From Vicugna vicugna (taxonomy: Eukaryota), in the NCBI GenBank assembly GCA_013265495.1, contig MU058540.1:2133696-2197695 (forward strand): a stretch of 64,000 nucleotides of DNA, written 5' to 3'. Below, in pieces: positions 62,937 to 64,000 of the stretch. Below the pieces are notes generated by a model. The model saw only the letters and a list, made by a program, of their open reading frames with translations. It made no database searches and was not told the origin of the DNA. A program made the translations under genes and the position numbers. Position 1 is the stretch's first letter. Each line of letters opens with the position of its first letter.

Positions 62937-63721
62937 GTGGATGTCCAGGGGAGCTGAGGAAGCGGGACCCACGGAAGGTGGAGCCAGGACGGACGCAGAG
63001 CACGGGGGAAGGAGGGAGAAGTAGGTGAGCAGAAATGACCTGGGAATTCTCTACTGGAACAGCATCTATGAGCAACCTTGGGTAGCCTGTGGACAGACCC
63101 AAACAGGGTCCCGACCCCAAGGGTTTGGAATCCTGGATGGAGGACCAGGCATGGGGTGTAGTGATGCTTCTATTTCTAATATGGATTCCCTTTCCTCAGG
63201 AGACATCTCAGCAAACCCCAAAATTAGCACCGTAAAATGGGAACGGCTAGGTCTGGCCCTAACCCAGGTTCTACCTCTGCCTCAAACCACTCTCATCCCA
63301 AGTCCCAGGAGTCTGGCTGTGGCCCCAGGGTACTCTTGGGGGGGAGGTGGGCTGAGGGAGCCTCTGAGCTGAGTGTGTAGGAGAAAGGAGTTGATCTGCC
63401 AATGGAAGGATTTAGGAAGAAGAGATAGGGCCCCCTGTCAGTGTTCATCCACTTAGGACAAGCAGATGGATTAACAGGGGAACAGTGATGCCAGGGATGG
63501 AGTTAGGAGGGCATGAGCAACCCTAGGGGTCAGCCTGGAGGAGGTGACCAGAGGCACAGACTCTGAGCAGCTGGATGAGGAGGTCCTTTACACCCAGGCT
63601 ATTCTGCTGTGTGCAAGCAGATGGGCCCCAGAGCTGGGCTGCGGTGGGAGTGGAGGCTGCCTCCTCAGGGCTGAGGGCAGAGCAGGCCCCACGGTCAAGG
63701 TCAGTGTCTTGCCTTTCCCAG

Positions 63722-63835
63722 ACCTTCTTCAGCCTGTATAATGAGTGTCCCTGCCAGCTGGACCTGATTTGTGTATTTCCAAAGAATGAGAAATTATTTA
63801 AAATCATCTACAGCCATTGTAAAAAAAAAAATTGA
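63722..63835 (+). CDS. CLPSL1: CLPSL1 exon 3 (stop as assembled at 63833-63835; ancestral-type stop at 63867-63869)
   Basis: TFFSLYNECPCQLDLICVFPKNEKLFKIIYSHCKKKN*; the shifted frame continues IEKKKPAKKAFF*. Confidence 0.82.
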   Translation, partial: TFFSLYNECPCQLDLICVFPKNEKLFKIIYSHCKKKN

Positions 63836-64000
63836 AAAAAAGAAGCCAGCCAAGAAAGCTTTCTTTTAATGCTCTCTCTTCCTTGCCTCCCCCCACTTTT
63901 TCTCCACCCACTCCCACTCAGAACTGTGTGTTCCTGACCCTGGCCCCCAGTGCCTCCCCTGACAGGGGAGGAGTAAGGAGGGAGGGATGATGCATAAAAC

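Noticed and set aside
1..64000. CRISPR arrays, prokaryotic operons or defence systems; also the CLPS gene itself
   Set aside because: The sequence is intron-containing mammalian DNA with no regularly spaced repeats. CLPS would be expected beyond the right edge and was not seen.

Overview
Mammalian genomic DNA, almost certainly a camelid (alpaca/llama/camel). It carries several tRNA-Ala-derived vic-1-type SINEs, and I saw no Alu, Bov-tA/BovB or PRE1 elements. The window is the orthologue of the human 6p21.31 block FKBP5 - ARMC12 - CLPSL2 - CLPSL1. It contains: (1) the non-coding first exon, CpG-island promoter and part of intron 1 of FKBP5 on the minus strand; (2) about 30 kb of upstream region with two more CpG islands and a cluster of steroid-receptor (GRE/ARE) and NF-kB motifs; (3) a degenerate class III ERV remnant with an LTR, an Arg primer-binding site and a D(35)E integrase fragment; (4) an intact 6-exon ARMC12 (338 aa); (5) a CLPSL2 copy with four independent inactivating lesions; (6) a 3-exon CLPSL1 with altered cysteines and a +1 frameshift in an A-run near its C-terminus. 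Most ORFs in the supplied track are spurious (GC-rich islands, repeats). I found no wholly novel genetic system. The most notable observations are the apparent lineage-specific decay or remodelling of the colipase-like gene pair and the shifted start codon of ARMC12. Comparisons with human orthologues are from memory and need alignment to confirm.
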